Below are positions 1 to 12,667 of a DNA stretch of 64,000 bases, in pieces. The notes beneath the pieces were generated by a model. The model did no database searches, was not told the DNA's origin, and saw nothing but the letters and a program-made list of their open reading frames with translations. This stretch comes from Lama guanicoe (taxonomy: Eukaryota). A program made the position numbers and the translations under genes. Every line of letters begins with the position of its first letter. The first letter of the stretch is position 1. Location: positions 1,130,524-1,194,523 of the forward strand of contig MU053873.1 of the NCBI GenBank assembly GCA_013239625.1, written 5' to 3'.

Positions 1-1939
1 AAAACGAAAGGAAAACTACCAAAACACAAAAGGTTAACAGAGGTTTTGCATAGGCAGCAGGATTGATTTTCTTTTTCACCCTTTTCTGTATTTTCCAAGT
101 ATTCTACAATAAACATGTATTATTTTTATAATTAAAAAATAAGTTACAGATGATTATTTTTAAAGGAAGACTTTGGCCCTGACAAGAGGAATGTAAAATG
201 AATCTATTCTAACATTTTTGCCCATATGCTACCAAAATACACCCAGGTCCTCAAGCAAGTGGGTCAGTGAGCTTTTCTCCAAATGACCCAAGTTCAATCC
301 CAGCTCTGTGGCCCTGAGACGCTTACTTACACTCTCAGCCTCAGTTTACTAAGTACAGCTAACTCAACTGCCCAAATTCATATGGGAGAAATCACAAAGA
401 TGACATCCACAGATCACGGACTGTACTGTGGGCACAAAAAAGCTATGTTTCCTGTCTAGAGTGTTTCCATGGTAAGAACTCAATAAATGTCTGATGATAA
501 GTTAGTGCACTCACTGCAAATAGAAAATCAAGTTTTAATTAAATTCTTACAGCACTGAACGGTTCCCTGTATACACACCTAAATCAAGCACCACTCCCAC
601 TCTCTTATTTTAAAAAAAATGCAGTAAGTTCTGCACCAGGAGACCAGAAGTCCCCCATTCCAACATCCATTTCCCCATGAAACTTCTAGATTCACCAAAG
701 TTTGCTTTCAACAAATCAACTCTACACCTTGAGTTTAAACATCCATATCACACTGGCTGCTGGGGAGAGAAGGGGGTTAATATCAAGTCTTACAATACAT
801 CTCAAGGGTAATAAAAATAAAACGCTCTCCCTTGAACCACAATAGGCCAGCTGACCTCATTCTCTTCACACTACCATGAGTCAACAGAGCCGCTAAAAGT
901 CAGATTTTAAAACATCTCATTCAAGCTGCAAATGAAACAAAGAACCTCTACTCTTTACTCCCTCGCCATCCTGTTTGACAGGTATAAAGGCACGTCTCTA
1001 CAAAGGGGTTATCAGCTTTAACTTCAAAGGTAAGTAAAAAATGAGTCGGAAAAGACCAGAAGGCGCAAATCCACATACTGTGTCATTATATACATGTTTC
1101 TTCAGAACAAGTTGCCCAGGTCTAAACGTAGCACCTGGGCCAGGTGTTCCCTCAGTGCCCCACAGATGTGTCCCCCGACAGAGGGCCTGTGTTTGGCACG
1201 CTGTCTGCCCCCTACACTCAGCTGCCTGTGGGCAGGGCCAGCATCTCACTGGCCCCTGCTCCTGCTGCCTTGCTTCACGCAGGGTCTGGGGGACAGAAGG
1301 CAGCAATGCATGCCTGTCAGCTGCACGATGCAGACCCATGGGTAGGTTTAACAGCCAGGAGGATGAAATGAGCAGTGGGAACCCACAGCTTTAGGTTTTC
1401 ACCGTCTAATAAATCAAGTAGGGGATGTGCAGACTGTGTAAAGTGAGAAAGGTGAGAAACAGGGGACAAGACCTTTTTGGAGAAAGCCATGCAGGCTCTG
1501 AAATGGCTCTAAAAAGTCGGCCACAGGAAGGAGGTGTGTCTTACACCAGAAATCCCTTTAAATGCCAGAGCACCGTGGCCATTCCAACTTTCCCAACAGC
1601 TAGGAAAACAACGGAAGTGCCATCAAGCAACAGTTGTGTACTTCACGTCACTGGTCCCTCTTCCCAACCTTGGCAGGTTGGCTCTTCATGGAAAAAACAA
1701 GGTAGAATGAGACTCTGTGATTGAAAAAAGAAGAAAGAGAGGAAAAGAGAAGGAAAGAAAGAAGGAAACAAACCTCTAAGGGTAGCGGGTTTTCTCAGCT
1801 GAAATTATAGACTCATTTCTTGGTCCATCAGTCTGGGTTTATACCCGACTCTAAATTCCACCATCAGTTCCCATAATCTCATCCCAAGCAGCAGAAAGTG
1901 CCAAGTAAAGCAGCCTTGTAAAAACAGAAATGCCTTAGA

Positions 1940-2130
1940 ATCACACAGACCTGGGTTTGAATCTGAGCCCTGCTATCGACCTGCTCAGTGACTTCGACAA
2001 GTGACTTTACCTCTGCGAGCTTAGTTTCCTCATCTGAAAACCTGGGGCATTCCATCTGCCTCACCCATTAAATGTAAGCACAGCATTGTGCCCAGGGCCT
2101 GGCACACGAGAAGCTTGTGATCATTACCAC
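1940..2130. mobile_element. MIR SINE. Further MIRs at ~3975-4155, 17420-17630, 17880-18050, 28080-28270, 43960-44100, 44620-44800, 47420-47600 and 63790-63915.
   Basis: Core motif agtttcctcatctg(t/a)aaa and its complement cagatgag(g)aaactgagg. Confidence 0.72.
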
Positions 2131-3224
2131 CTATTTTTAAAAGCTCTGACAGAGGAAGAGGGAGCAACTTAAAATCTAAATTAAAGGAGAAAAGCAACCA
2201 CTTAAACCCAATATACAATTTAAGGAGGCCTGGCTTTCCTCAACTGTACACCTGATCATAAGGCATGCTTCTGCACTGACTCTCCCTGCTACACTTGGTG
2301 GGGACATAAAGGCCCAAGCCTGGGGGTCAGAAGACCCAAAAAGTCTTCCAGGGTCATCCATATGGCCCTAGGCAAGGCGCTTCACTTCTCTGGACCTCAG
2401 TCTCCTTATCTAACACATTAGAGGGCTGGATCTGGTTCTTCGAATTATCAAGATGGACGGAAATGTCATTTTTGTCTTGAACTGCAAACCCACATTCTCC
2501 AGACTTGGGAAACAGCAGCAAGAAGCAGAGTTTTCACATGACATATATGCAGGTTAATGATAAGGCTGAATACCAAACCTTTATTGTTTTCCCCAGGGAC
2601 ACTAGGGCTTAGCCGTGAACTATTCTTCCTGTGTCTGTCCATCCACAACAGCTGTCCACATTAGGGCTTTCTCAATATTCAGTGGTTTATCATGAAAAGA
2701 ATGTCTTCAGATCTCTGTAATGCCAGGGAGCCTGCTCCGGAACACGCACACACACAGGTCACTTTCATACAACCCGGTATTTTAATACCAGTGGGTCTAC
2801 CGGAACCAGAGAGAGGCCCATTCTTTCCATCTAATCAAGCAAGCTTCTGGAAATAACCAAAAAGAAAAGCTAATCCCAGAATGTATTAGCCAAGCCAAAT
2901 GAAGTTGTTCTCATCAATTAATCCAAGCCTATTAAGACCCACAGCCCGCCTGGTGTCCACTGTAAATCCATCATTCATTCACTAAATAGCCAGTGTCTGA
3001 TAAGGAACAGGCACTGGGGACCCAGGGGCAGATCCAGAGATGAACAAAAACAAACAGCCCTGTGCCCAGGTCCACAAGGGAAGATGTGAGGAGTTGCTTT
3101 TAAGGCATTTCAACATCAACAGACACTCTGCCTCATTTTCCAGTGCATACTGAAAAGGTCCACGCCCACACTCCACTCCCACACCCTGCATTCAGAGCGT
3201 CACCATCTAAACGCAGAAAATTCT

Positions 3225-3297
3225 TTTTTTTTAATTGAAGTATAATTGACCTACAACATTATGTTAGTCCCAGGTGCGCAACATAGTGAATTGATAT
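3225..3297 (-). mobile_element. Very short L1 3' end with TSD
   Basis: Poly-T, then aattgaagtataattgac...caacatagtga. TSD taaa(c/t)gcagaaa(a/g)ttct at 3208-3224 and 3298-3314. Confidence 0.75.
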
Positions 3298-5334
3298 TAA
3301 ATGCAGAAAGTTCTCTGAGTGACTCACTGCTCCCAAGGATGAGGCACTTAACTAATACCAGACAGACACACAAGACAGAAGTTACTTCATTACAGACAGT
3401 GGATGCCTTTAGGATCAAGGGCTCAGATCTGTGGGGAAACCCAGTTGGGAAAGATTATCATTTATCCATGGACCCATGTCAGTCTCTGTAAGGGGCTGTG
3501 AACTCCAGAAGGCTAGAGCAATACAGTATCCGGGACAGAACAAGACTTTGGTTAAAAAAAAAAAAATTCTATCAATGAGCATGCTTAGTGGAGACACACA
3601 AACCTGGAGACTTCTCTACAATTCTTGCCAGCCTGAGCCCCACATCACTCCACTTGAATTGTTAGTAATGGACTATCTGATGACAGGTGCTAGATTAGTG
3701 CTTCTCTTTTTCCTCTTGGGGAAGAAGGGCATCGCAGAACCCACCAAGAGGCAAAACTACATTATCTTCTCAAGAAAATAACAGTATGCATACACAAGGT
3801 TGTGTGTATGATTTCAAGGGTCCACAGACTGCCTCTGAAAGTCTGTGACCCTCAGGTTAAGAATCTCTAGGCTAGACTGTTAAAAATTAGACTTGAATTA
3901 TTATCAAGACCCAACTAGCCAAGTTCGATTGATTAGGCAATAACAGGAACAAAGGGGCCCGACAGACCTCGCTTTCAACCCAGGTTTGAACATTTGCTAG
4001 CTGTGTGAGGTTGGAGAGGTCAAAAATGCCTTTTTCTGCCTCAGTTTCCTCATCTGTAAAATGGGCGGCAGCAGTTGTTGATTCCATGTTAAAGACTGGA
4101 TAAGCAAACACATGGTATGCTTGGCACTGTGCCCCATACAAAATAAATGCTCCTAAGTGGAAACCATCACCAGCCTGTTTCTGGTCTCCACACTCACCTC
4201 CCACAACCATCTAATCTCCATTCAGAACTGTATTAGTAACACCCATGGGATCTCAGGGAACAAGATAGAAAGTAAGAACCCCGAGAATTCATGCGGACAC
4301 AAAACACAGCCCTAATGTTTTTCACCAAATCAAATGCTTGGTTTTAACCCACGGAGGCCCTTCTGACAAGACAGTCAGCAATCCCTTTCTGGGTAAATCC
4401 AGGTCAGCTGTCAGCGCACAATTGTTCTATTAGGCCAAGTCAATTTTTAGAGGCAGGCCTGTTAAGTTAACTTAAAATGGAGATGAAAAGAAAGTGTTTG
4501 ATCAAATGTTGAACTGCAGAAACACACTGACAGGGAAACAAGGCGGAGGAATTAGTTTCCTAAAATTATTCTCTGTGATACCCTTAGTTAACACTGGCTA
4601 TTTAAGGACCTCACTCAGCCTTTCTAACCCACCACCCAGCTCTCTTCCCATCCCTCACTGCTAATGGCACTGGCTCAGTTCCTGAATATTCTCTACAAGC
4701 TCTGCCTTCAAGACCATTCAACACTTAACCCAGGGTCCAGAAAGGCCAATTTTAAAGTTACGCAAAACCTGACATTCAGATTCCTTCTACAAATGAATTT
4801 CTCAAGCGTTTCTAAATATTTGACTTCAAGAGAAAAAAAAAAGGCACTTTAAAACAATCTTTCACCTCTAGCTATGCAAATTTTCTTTGTTTGCTTAAAC
4901 AGTCCATACCACTAGCCAGTGTTTAATTGGCCCTTTATTTAACATCACTAACCATGTGAGTTGAACAGCCAAGTCTGAAAGCTTCAGATAAAGATCTCAT
5001 TAATAGCAACAAATTGGTTCAAAGATGAAATATATATCAATATGTCTAAGAACTCTTTAAAGTTTCACACTTCAGAACTACAGAAGAGTAATTCCTCCAG
5101 CATTCACACTGTGTGCCTGACACAAGCAAATGGGCTCTAATGCTGCATGAATAAATAAGATAACAAAAGTAATTAATAGCATTTCATATTCATACATTCT
5201 TTCACAGATGAAGATTTAAAAAAAAAAACCTCTTTTCTTTCAGTGCACACTGGTGACCTTGGGAAAGTTATTTAAGCCTAAAATGCACATAGAATCAAGA
5301 CTTCTGGTGACTAACCTCAGGTTTGAACTACTAT

Positions 5335-5346
5335 CTCTCTCTCTCC

Positions 5347-5379
<33 letters not shown>

Positions 5380-5410
5380 ACACACACTCTCTCTCTCCCT
5401 CTCTCTCTCC
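5335..5410. repeat. Compound (TC)n(CA)n(TC)n microsatellite
   Basis: Directly visible dinucleotide runs. Confidence 0.95.
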
Positions 5411-7989
5411 TTAATCAGGCCTTTCCCTACCCTAACCCTTGCAGATGAATGAACAGGTATTCTCATTAGAAGTATCTGAGCAAACCAGACAATGATACGT
5501 TGTTCACTGTATAAACGTCCATATACACACACTTTCACTGCATACAGTAGGGAGAGAAGAAAAAAAATCAGTAATACAAACCAATTTCCTATCTTAGAAT
5601 TCTTAATGGAGAGAGTCTCCCAAACAGGTTCTTTTCTCCCCTGAAGCATGAACAACAGTGCTACAGAATCCTACAGGAAATAACAAAAGCAATGCTACCA
5701 TGTTACTATTTCAGTTTAGATAAAGGAAAATGAACTCTGCTATGAAGACCTAAAATACTAAATAGCAAGCTATGCAGTTTTTTTTTCAAAATAGTAAACA
5801 AAAGGAGGCTGAAAAGTTCAACAAGGGCACTAAGAAAACACGATTAATCCGAAACTGAACACCAATTTGTTTCTTCTACATTCTCATTTCTCACGCAAAA
5901 TGTTACATTCCCTCGCAGCGATCCTAAAACACCAGCTTTCCTTACAAAAAGCTCTCTGGGGCTGACAGGGGCCACACCAGTTCCTTCACTCAGGCAGCAT
6001 TAGAAGAACTAATCAAAGCATGCCAGCCTCTGTCCACACACAGCCCTGAAAGCCACACTGAGCTCCACCTATGCACACAGAGAGGTTCAGCAAGTAGGCC
6101 CCACAATAAAGTTATTAAAGATATAGAGTGAGAACCCCAAGAAATGACTATTCAGACAGCTCAGATAAACTCAACAGCATTACTGCAGTTATAAGGGAAT
6201 TAAGGACACCTATTAGTGATTGCTTAACAGGTAAACTTATTAAATACCATTTAAGTCATTTTTTTCTTTACTTAGTAATTGTTGACTTTGGGGGGGTGGT
6301 TAGGCTAATGGACTACAAAGGAGTTAGATAAGCACTTCAAAAAGTTTCAAAAGAGAATAGATTCCTTCTGCCAAATTCACACATTATCTCTCCACTCACA
6401 AGGATAAAATAGTTACAAATGGTGTGTTTAAACTGCTAATTTTGTATTAAATGGCGAACCCAAGATTATCTCCAAAGCATAGCACTACTTATAATGGATA
6501 GCTCACCAGACAAACTACCAGGGAGAAAGAGCACAAGTTAAAACACTGCAGATAAAAATCGCAAACTTCAAAAGTCTCCTTCAGAAAGTGAAGTGCCACA
6601 TTAAAACATCTTTTCTCTTAGAAGGCTGTAAATCAAACATTTTCTAAAGGCATCAGGGCACAGTGAAAGCCTCAAAAAGGAAGGAGTCACAAGGAGTAAG
6701 CTTTAAGATTCAAACTATGCTTAAAGGTTGCAACTGAAATGTGTAGTAATCTTCAGCAGACCATGGTCTCTAAAGCTTATAAAGACCATAATTATAACAG
6801 TAGCAAAGAAAAAAGTCCAAAAGCCTTTAACCTATGTGTAGTCACAAAACTCAAATAAGAAGTGTTTTCCCTTCTATTTATCCTGCAGAAGTTTAAGACG
6901 AGGATGTAAGGACACACCTCTAAGGACCAAGCTGCAGGGTCCCTGTCCTATGCAGGGCTTTGAGCCTGCACCAGGGGAAGTGAAAGGAGAGGCCGCTTGC
7001 AGTTATTCCATTCTGTCTCCTTCTCTTCATTCATAACTCAACCAAGAATAAAGCGCATAAGTCCCAAAGCGTACAGCCCTGCAGCCATCTCTTCACTCCC
7101 AGAAGGTTCAAAGACAAGCCAACCGTTTCAAATTGTCCCCATCCCAGGCGTGCATATTAACCGCAGTTAAGTTGCTGGCTGTCTACTAACAAGTTGATAA
7201 AATCACCGCCAAGGAAACAGGAAGGCATCTACTCAGTTCACCATCTACAGAATACAGAGGCTCGGGCTCAGAGTCCCTCCTCCAAAGAGTGGGGACAGCT
7301 TAAATCTCTCCCTAACTAGCTTCCTTAAGAACGCACACCTCTTTCATTTGGAGCAAGGTGGAGGCCCTGTCAACGAGCGACCCTGTCTACCAATTTCCAG
7401 GCCCTCTGCAGAAGTCCTTGGCCGAGGAGCGGGCAGGCAGCCTCCCTCCCACCCTCTGTAATCTGAGGCACGCAGCGAGGGCTGCCTGCTTCGGCCACTC
7501 CAGGGCACCCGCGATCCCCACTCCTCGGCCAGCTCCCGCTGCTCTCCTGCCTGCTGCTGCTTGTCCAGAGCCCTGCAGGAGTGTCAGCGCTCAGGTGAGG
7601 CTGGCGGCAGGTTCCACGGGAGAAGCTGATGTTGTGCAGCCCCTCACACAAGCCTGGCTACTCCCAAAAGGAACATGCATGGGTGGGAAATACAGCCTGC
7701 AACCTGAAACATGCCGCCCCATCCTTCATCACATATCTTTCCAAAGTTGGCAATCAACAGGTAGTTCCCGGGACTTTCACCTGAGGCAAACCGAATGTCC
7801 AAAAGGCCCAAGGGGACCGCCCCAACGTGGGTGCCCGGACCCGGGGTCCTTTCCCATTCCCCGGACTCACAGGAGGCCGAGCCCCCACGTGCGCTCGCCC
7901 CCCACTGCAGCGCCCCGGAGGCCACGTCCCCCTCACCCGCCAGCCAGGGAGGGATGCCGCCGGCCTCCTCGCCGCCCCTCCCGCCCCCC

Positions 7990-8125
7990 NNNNNNNNNNN
8001 NNNNNNNNNNNNNNNNNNNNNNNNNNNNNNNNNNNNNNNNNNNNNNNNNNNNNNNNNNNNNNNNNNNNNNNNNNNNNNNNNNNNNNNNNNNNNNNNNNNN
8101 NNNNNNNNNNNNNNNNNNNNNNNNN
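7990..8125. other. Assembly gap (136 N) in the GC-rich first exon
   Basis: Run of n from 7990 to 8125. Confidence 1.
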
Positions 8126-8145
8126 CCGCCCGAGCGCGGCCTCAT
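8126..8145 (-). CDS. ZNRF3: ZNRF3 exon 1, start of CDS (MRPRSG..., runs into the N gap)
   Basis: Minus strand reads GGACC ATG AGG CCG CGC TCG GGC GG, i.e. MRPRSGG, the recalled ZNRF3 N-terminus. Kozak A at -3. Cut by the gap at 8125. Confidence 0.9.
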
Positions 8146-8189
8146 GGTCCTGCGGCGGGAGGGCGCGGAGGGCGGGCGCGGCCGGGCAT
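8142..8189 (-). other. 15-codon uORF whose stop overlaps the ZNRF3 ATG
   Basis: ATG at 8189 reads MPGRARPPRPPAAGP then TGA at 8144-8142. The sequence CCATGA contains both the main ATG and this stop. Confidence 0.6.
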
Positions 8190-8228
8190 AGTCGCGGGCC
8201 GGCTGAGGACCGAGCGCGGGCGGACGCC

Positions 8229-8240
8229 TCACAGCCCCAT
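8229..8240 (-). other. Minimal uORF (M-G-L-stop) in the ZNRF3 leader
   Basis: GCCGCG ATG GGG CTG TGA, with strong Kozak context (G-3, G+4). Requires the TSS to be upstream of 8240. Confidence 0.55.
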
Positions 8241-8484
8241 CGCGGCGGCGGCGGCGGCAGCGGCTTTGTGGGTCGCAGGCTCGGCTCGGCTCCCCCGGCC
8301 GTCGCGCCGCGGCCCTTTCATCTGCTCCACGTGAGGGGTTATCCCCGCCCCGGCAACGTCGTGACCCGCTCTCCCCTCCCTCCCCACGCTCGACCGCCGC
8401 GGCCGCCGGGGGGAGTGGGTAGGCGGGACGGGCGCGCCTGCGGCGGGGGCGGGGCCAGGGCCCGCTGGCAGGACACGCCCCCGT

Positions 8485-8690
8485 ATCTCGCCCTCCGCGC
8501 TGAGCGTGGCCCCAGCCCGCGAGAAGCGGCCCGTGAGGCCAGTGGTGTAGGTGGTGTAGTCGCCGCTCGGGCTCGATTCGAACAGCACCACCTCCACGAA
8601 CGCCGTCTCCTTGGCCCGCGCAGCGCCGGGCCCCGCGGCCGCCAGCAACAGCCCGAGCAGCAGCGGCAGCGGCGGCGGCGGCGGCAGACG
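8485..8690 (-). CDS. ZNRF3: ZNRF3 exon 1 coding block (signal peptide and start of ectodomain), located out of order upstream of the ATG
   Basis: Translates RLPPPPPLPLLLGLLLAAAGPGAARAKETAFVEVVLFESSPSGDYTTYTTGLTGRFSRAGATLSAEGE(I), matching about residues 30-98 of ZNRF3 as recalled. The terminal VQ and the GT donor are missing. Confidence 0.93.
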
Positions 8691-9954
8691 GACTGTTGCC
8701 CCGCCCACCTCCTGCTGCCTTGCCCCGCCCCCTCCTCCCCGCTCCGCCCCCGGGCTGTAGCTCCACCCCTTCGGCCGCGCTCCGCCTTCGGCGGCAGACA
8801 TTTCTCCTGGCGGTTGCTGGAGTTCGGCGCGAAAGGAGACCACATCCTACACCAGGGCGATGTGCGTCCCCTCTGGAGGCCCCACTCCTCGTGGTCCCGT
8901 GCAGGAGTTAGATTCTTGTCCTTCCCGGCTACCCCGGACCAATCCACAGTTCCCTGGAGCGGACCCACCGCAACTGGCCTTCCACTCCCACCCCCACCTT
9001 CAGGATCAAACGGGAAGGGCACCGGCGGTCTGGGGCGGTTTGCAGCTCGGCCATGCCGGGGCGTGTCCGGTTGTTGCACTGGTGTCGCTTAGACAGTTAC
9101 TCTCGACTGTGTGTAAGGGGTGGGTGGGGCGCGGCGGGTGAAAAGCCATTAAGCCATTTGGACTTTGATGGAGATAATCTTTCCGCAGCCCCAGAGGCTG
9201 TAACTGAAACACCCCCCTCGAGAGAAGTTGTGAAACTTTGATTCTCGCCGTGTGCAGAAGTCCTGAGGATTCCAACACCATCACCCTTTAGGCGCAGAGG
9301 ATAGCTGCCAAATTAATTTACCTAAGATACGTGCTCCAGGACCCAAGGGTTCCCAGTCACCCGGAAGATAAAACTTTGAATTCTCTGCTACTCTTTGGAA
9401 CATGCCTTTTCCTTATCTATTCCTCTCAGAATCGAACCTTCAAAATCCAGATTCAATTCACACTTCCTTCGTGGAGTCTTCCTTCTTTGACCAGAACGGC
9501 TTTGTTCAGATATTGGCAAATATTTGGTTAGGAAGATCTGCTTCTACTTGCTACCCCACCCACAATATTTTAAAAAAAAAGAAAGAAAGAAAAGCAAACT
9601 CATTGAGAATTGTCTTGGGTAAACAACTTACCAAGGTTATATTTTAAAGTATGATAAATATTTTCCAAATATGGAATAGAAAATACAATTGAAAAAAAAA
9701 ACCCCACAGGTATGTGTTGCTGCATTTGGACCACCCAGAGCTTCTGCTCGGAAGGAAGACACCTGGAAAAGCAGGGCTTGGAGTATGGCAGCTTCGTAGT
9801 TTCTCCAGAATCAAGCCTAACCAGTACTGACTGGACTGAGCAACAGAAGTCCTGACAGTGGTCTCCCATTGTCAGTCTCCTATGGCACGGTCCAGTCCTT
9901 AAGGGAAAGGTCATCACTGTAGCCCATCCATGACACTCTGCAATATTTAAAACT

Positions 9955-10375
9955 CAAGGTCACCATCAACTGATGAATGGATAAACATGTGGTGTATCCA
10001 TACAATGGCATATTATTCTTCAACAAATGCAGTACTGATGCATGCTACAACAGGGATGAACCTTGAACACATGCAACGTGTAAGAAGCTGGCTGCAAAGG
10101 ACCACATCGAACATGATTCCATTTATATGAAATGTCCAGAACAGGCCAGTCGACAGAGACAGAAAGTAGGTTAGTGGTTGCCAGGCACTAGGGGGATGCA
10201 GGAATTGGTAGTGACTACTAAAGGGTTTCTTTGGCGGGTGATGAACATGTTCTGGAATTAGATAATGGTGATGGTCGCACAGCTCTGTAAATACACTAAA
10301 AATTACTAAATGGTACACTTTAAAAGGGTGAGTTTAATGGTGTATGCATTATAGCTCAATATAGTTGTTAAGCAA
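9955..10375 (+). mobile_element. L1 3' end (L1MB/ME-like)
   Basis: ccatcaactgatgaatggataaac...atgattccatttatatgaaatgtccaga...gttctggaattagataatggtgatgg. Confidence 0.8.
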
Positions 10376-10454
10376 ATGCAAAGCCATCAGTGATTTTTTA
10401 TGCACACACACACACATAACACACAGGATACTGGGTGAGGATATGCTGTGTTCT

Positions 10455-10770
10455 TTGAAATCTTAGTTCAAATCTCGCACCCTCAGCAAGGTCTAGCCAG
10501 GCTACTGCATTTAAAATAGCAGTGTGCCCCCGTCCCCTACTCCCAACCTCCTTTGGCCTGCCCACTCCCCTCCCCACCATTCTGTAGCGTTCATCACGTT
10601 CTACCATACTAAATGATTTGCTTATTCACTCTCCTCCACACCCCATAAACACACACGCCAGAGAACAAACTCTGTAATGGCAAGGATCTTGTCTTATTCA
10701 GAGGCTTAGGCTGAGGCTGCCTGGTATTGCCTCAATAAATATTTGTTGCATGAATTAATGACTAATGAAT
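10455..10770. mobile_element. L2 3' fragment. Other L2 ends at ~2970-3070 and 23395-23550.
   Basis: ctcaataaatatttgttgcatgaattaatgactaatgaatga terminal motif. Confidence 0.65.
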
Positions 10771-12667
10771 GAGTGATAAGCTCACTGTTGTGTATCCCTC
10801 TCATTTTGCAGACATTTGGGGCAGCTTGTTAACAGCTGTTTAGGAGTACTGGGCTTCGTGGGACCAAAATAACTTCTGAACATGGAGAAGAGTAGTAGTC
10901 CTTCCCTCAGGGACTGTGGTGAAAAAAAGAAACCAGTTTAGATTTTTTTTAAAAATCTGCTTCAAGAAAGGTATGGTTAGTAAGACACAGGCCAGCAACA
11001 CAAAGGTAACATGATTCATCTCTTAGCAGTATAAAGCTCTTTAGAATTGGAGGTACTTACTGAGTAATGAAATTTCACCAAAATCTGATGGGCAGTAAGG
11101 CGAGATAGAAAATAACTTCAAATAAGATGTAAGGCATGTTGGCCAGGAGCAAGGGCTAAATCAGGGAGCGGGATCAAGTGATAGGAGGGAAGCGAAGTAA
11201 GGCACTTTCACAATCCTTCAAGGCACATCCCTAGTAGATCATCCTGAGTGTAACTGATCTTGTTTTTTTCTACTTACCAGAGAGAACTCAGATGAAAATG
11301 ATGGCGAACAAGTGCGTCAGCATCAGTTAAACCTGCCAGACCTAGAGCAAATCTCACTGACTTAGGCCAGAAGCCACAGCAAGCTTCGGGAAATTTTCTG
11401 CCATCAAAGTTCTATTTATATGACCACATAGTGAATTTCAGGGATTTCAGATCCATAAAACATATGCTTAGGTACCTAAAGAGACCGTCTCTCTGGTAAA
11501 TAAAAACAGACATGGATATTCACTGCAGTATTGTTTTTAATAATAAAAACAAACCTAAATGCCTATCAACAGGGGATTAGTTAAATACGTTATTTTATGA
11601 TACACCTATTTACTGTATAATGGAACACATATTAAATAGTCATTAAAAAGAATGAAGAAGCACTCTATGAACTTATATAGAACGATCTCCAATGTATACT
11701 GCTAAGTGGAAAAGATGTGCATATAATTTTCTACAATGGAGGGGGACGGTGAGGAGGCAACAGAATGTGAAGGCTTGCAAACATTAACTGTGTGGAAGGA
11801 GATATAAGAAATGAATAAATAGTTGCCTCCAGAGTGGCATCTGGGTGACTGGGAGGTGGGAAAAGGAGGGAGACATACTCTTCCCTGTATACGCTTTGTA
11901 CATGTTGAATTTGTTCCATGCACTTATATTACCTATTCAAAGTTAATAAAATAAAGCGACCAACCGGCTAAATCAACAGATGATGACATTTATTTTCTAC
12001 ATGCAAACATATGCATTCAATAAACTTTATTGAACACCTACCACATGCCACTGGAATATGAAAAGGGATTGGCCTGCAGGCATGGAAGATGTTAGCACTG
12101 GGAGAATCTATGAAATGGGGACAGGGGACCTCTCTGTACTATTCTTGCAACTTCCAGTTATTTACAAATTAAATTTTTAAAAAATGGATTGGCCAGTCCC
12201 CATGTGCAAGCAGTTTCCTTCCTTTTCCTTCTTTCCTTTCTTCTCTCCTTCCATCCTTCTGCAAACATTTATTACTACATGGAACAGTTAGCAAAGTCAT
12301 AGAAGATTATAATAAAGTCCACTTTATTTTACAGTTATTTTTTAAGAGTTTGAATCTCATATTGTGTCTTTAAAGTGATTCAAATTTAAGACATGCTATC
12401 ATTCTTCCACAGTATTTATATCTATTTCTGGAAACTTTAATTTATTGTATTTAAAGATCATACAATTCTCTTGAAAGGTACAATAGATGTTACACAGACA
12501 AGTAGCGGCAGTTCTTAAAAACTCTTAGAAGTGTGTCTTCCGCCTTTGAAGTATACCATCAATCTACGTCTACTTTGAGCCTTGAGGCGGAAGGCCAATC
12601 TGGGCCCGATTCATCAGTGGTTTAAACCCTGCATCAACCTGTCCCTGATTTGCAGTGGCCACCCAAC

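Larger units (their letters stand above)
1..7989 (-). other. ZNRF3: ZNRF3 intron 1 (5' portion; continues beyond the window)
   Basis: Lies downstream of exon 1 on the minus strand. No ZNRF3 exon-2 peptide is seen. The donor site is presumably in the gap. Confidence 0.8.
7780..9260. promoter_or_regulatory. ZNRF3: CpG island / ZNRF3 promoter and 5' leader
   Basis: Very GC- and CpG-rich, with multiple GC boxes, E-box CACGTG at 8328-8333 and GCC/GCG triplet runs. Confidence 0.9.

Noticed and set aside
8229..8843. 204-aa minus-strand ORF as a novel ZNRF3 isoform
   Set aside because: It is a chimera of promoter sequence and the displaced exon block. It has no splice donor after EGEI, and the true MRPRSG start lies downstream.
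7358..9141. Long ORFs (277, 421, 246 aa, etc.) across the CpG island
   Set aside because: Stop-poor GC-rich sequence and translation through Ns; low-complexity P/R/G/A products.
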